The translations under genes and the position numbers were made by a program. Under the pieces are notes generated by a model. It did no database searches and was not told the DNA's origin. It worked only from the letters and a program-made list of their open reading frames with translations. From a virus, in the IMG/VR virus record IMGVR_UViG_3300042090_002485, positions 64,001 to 128,000 of that record: 64,000 bases of DNA. One strand, 5' to 3'. Every line of letters starts with the position of its first letter. Position 1 is the stretch's first letter. Of the stretch, positions 62,248 through 64,000 are shown piece after piece.

Positions 62248-63013
62248 GCTCCAGGTCATCCGCGACGCGACGCCCGAGGTCGCTGACGATGACATCCCGG
62301 ACATGTTGTTCCTGTCGAACAACGACAAGACCGGCATCTCCATCAACGCGTCCATCGCCCGGTCGTGCCGACCAACGCCGGCGTGTGGCGTCTACTGCTA
62401 CGGCCTGGACGGCCGCATCGCGATGCCGGCGGCCCTCAAGCGCCAGGCCGAGAACTCGGCGATGTTCGGGATGGACCCCGAGAGCTGGGGCACGCTCGCG
62501 GACGAGGCGACCGACGTGTGCCACGTCGTGTCGCGCCAGCAGGACTTTCTGCGCATGTTCGGTGTGGGTGACCTGCAGTCGGGCTCCGTCTACTTCATCA
62601 ACCAGCTGTCGCTCTACGCCAAGCACGCCAAGCCCAAGTTCCGCATCTGGGTGTCGACACGCAAGTTCGACTTGGCGGCGAACCTCGTCGACCACGACAA
62701 CCTGCACGTCATGCTCAGCTTCGACTCGAGTACGCCCGCCCGGTGGCGGACCGAAGGGCTGAAGCTACTGGCACAGCGCCGCCCGCAGTTCTTCGCGGCG
62801 TGGGTGCGGCAGGAGAAGGGCGAGCGCGTGCCCCCGTGGGTCGACGTCGTGTTCGAGATGCACCGGCACGGGCACGGCCGCGCGAACCGTCCAGCGCACG
62901 CCAAGGCCTGCCCGGCGACCATCCACAAGAACCAACCGGGCTCGGTGGAGTTGACCGGCGCGTGCGCGAAGTGCAGGTTCTGCTTCGACACGAAGAAGCG
63001 AGGTCGCACATGA
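62234..63013 (+). CDS. Gp88-like protein (radical-SAM-like Cys cluster), 259 aa
   Basis: SCRPTPACGVYCY (C-x5-C-x3-C), RMFGVGD, STRK, LSFDS, ACPA...CAKCRFC; GGAGG RBS. Confidence 0.6.
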   Translation: MSKRKLQVIRDATPEVADDDIPDMLFLSNNDKTGISINASIARSCRPTPACGVYCYGLDGRIAMPAALKRQAENSAMFGMDPESWGTLADEATDVCHVVSRQQDFLRMFGVGDLQSGSVYFINQLSLYAKHAKPKFRIWVSTRKFDLAANLVDHDNLHVMLSFDSSTPARWRTEGLKLLAQRRPQFFAAWVRQEKGERVPPWVDVVFEMHRHGHGRANRPAHAKACPATIHKNQPGSVELTGACAKCRFCFDTKKRGRT

Positions 63014-63321
63014 AGATCAAGGTCTACAACCCCGTCGACGAGGTCGACAAGAAGCGGCCGCTGCTCGAGCACGACGACTTGAACGAGCTGCTCCGCGTGC
63101 GGCTCACGGTCAACGACGAGGTGTTCGAGTTGACCGGGGGCGGGGGCCTGCTGGCGCTGCGCTCGATCAGCGGCAAGCAGCTGGTCGTGCGCCCGCGCGC
63201 GTCGAACATGATCGAGTTCGATGTCGTGCCGTGGCAGACCGAGTCGTCGCTGCCGGAGTACGGCAGCCGGAAGCGCACGCCGAGCCGCGCGCCGCGCGCG
63301 AAACGACGCAGCCGTGACTAG
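63010..63321 (+). CDS. Hypothetical protein (103 aa)
   Basis: GAGG RBS; ATGA overlap. Confidence 0.65.
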   Translation: MKIKVYNPVDEVDKKRPLLEHDDLNELLRVRLTVNDEVFELTGGGGLLALRSISGKQLVVRPRASNMIEFDVVPWQTESSLPEYGSRKRTPSRAPRAKRRSRD

Positions 63322-63766
63322 GTTCCGGCGGCAAACGCGCGACAGCATCATCCCCGGCAACTTCCTGCCGCCCTACACCATCGACCGCATCATCATGCGC
63401 GTTACCGGCGTTGGCCACGGCGCGGCGCGCATCGAGGGCGCCTGTGCCATCACGACGTGCTGCGGCGGGTGCTTCAACCTGCCCAACCCGGCCAACGTCC
63501 TGGCAGGCATCGCGACGTGCGTGCTGTGCGTGAACTGCCGGGGCTGCCCGGCGTGTCGCGAGGGCTGGGTGCGTGAGGAGACGATGCGGCTCGGCAAGTG
63601 GGTGACCAAGGACGGGCGCATGCTCTACCCATTCGAGATGGACAGCGTCCACCTGACCAACTCGATCAGGAAGCTCAAGCGCGACAAGACGCACTTCAAG
63701 CAGGCCTGGGAGACGTGGGTCGAGATCCTCGAAGCCGAGGCCAAACAACGTGCCCTGGATTGGTAA
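63314..63766 (+). CDS. Cys-rich protein; N-half resembles the small GVxH...TC-x2-C family
   Basis: GVGH...ITTC...ATCVLC then CRGCPAC; C-terminal WVTKDGR...HLTNSI. Confidence 0.65.
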   Translation: MTRFRRQTRDSIIPGNFLPPYTIDRIIMRVTGVGHGAARIEGACAITTCCGGCFNLPNPANVLAGIATCVLCVNCRGCPACREGWVREETMRLGKWVTKDGRMLYPFEMDSVHLTNSIRKLKRDKTHFKQAWETWVEILEAEAKQRALDW

Positions 63767-63774
63767 AAGAACAG

Positions 63775-64000
63775 GTGAAGACATCATCCAAACTCAAGCC
63801 GCTCGAGCCTGTTGACCACGCGCGCTGCCAAGCCGACATCAAGTCAGCGTACAACCCCTTCATCTTCGGCGGAGACGTCGGTGGGAAGTGGGGCCGCTGC
63901 AAGAACAAGCCGATCTGGTACGCCCGTGAGGTCGAGGTCGACGCTAATGGGCGCCGAGGCGCGATGTCACTCTGCGACGAGTGCAAGGTCGAGTGCGAGA
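63775..64000 (+). CDS. Hypothetical protein, 3'-truncated by the window edge
   Basis: GTG start, open to the end (MKTSSKLKP...RCQA...RC...LCDEC). Confidence 0.55.
   Translation, partial: MKTSSKLKPLEPVDHARCQADIKSAYNPFIFGGDVGGKWGRCKNKPIWYAREVEVDANGRRGAMSLCDECKVECE

Larger units (their letters stand above)
1..64000. mobile_element. Segment of a large tailed dsDNA phage genome (contractile-tail type)
   Basis: Terminase, baseplate J, gp25-like wedge, tape measure, tail chaperone, phage replisome and dense small overlapping ORFs. No host housekeeping operons. Confidence 0.93.

Noticed and set aside
1-64000. Alternative genetic code or stop-codon reassignment
   Set aside because: All recognisable enzymes are full length in code 11, and TAG, TGA and TAA all end genes at sensible boundaries.
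1-64000. Integrase/att site, tRNA genes, reverse transcriptase/DGR, holin-endolysin cassette
   Set aside because: No supporting motifs were found by eye. The small membrane ORFs (2198, 23989, 60805) lack an adjacent endolysin, so they were not called holins.

Overview
This window is an internal 64-kb segment of a large, GC-rich (core genes about 65% GC) tailed dsDNA bacteriophage genome with contractile-tail (myovirus-type) architecture, read in the standard bacterial code. The + strand carries replication, recombination, nucleotide-metabolism and small accessory genes: two Cas4/RecB-like PD-(D/E)XK nucleases, a primase-helicase, a family A DNA polymerase with an N-terminal UDG-like domain, a DnaQ exonuclease, a MoxR AAA+ ATPase and VWA-metallopeptidase pair, DUF932, RuvC, class II RNR, a DinG helicase, an XRE regulator, RNase HII, a DGQHR protein, a GHKL ATPase and a Gp88-like protein. 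The - strand carries virion and packaging genes: a gpA-like terminase with a Gln-ending LAGLIDADG intein, tail fibre, baseplate, a hub with an SLT domain, tape measure, and a tail chaperone with a -1 frameshift signal. It also carries two sigma factors, a dNMP kinase and a ThyX-like enzyme. Signals beyond the gene list: a repeated 15-bp palindromic operator-like motif, CCTANAAT -10-like elements before virion genes, two candidate structured ncRNAs, a sigma factor with tandem sigma-4 domains, a dispersed family of tiny D-x2-G-V-x-H...V-T-C-x2-C proteins, degenerate UDG and M23 domains, and a C8T13 tract with ATCGCGCCA repeats at a convergent junction. No tRNA, rRNA, CRISPR array, integrase, portal, capsid or sheath gene was recognised. 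All family calls come from motif recognition by eye, without database searches.
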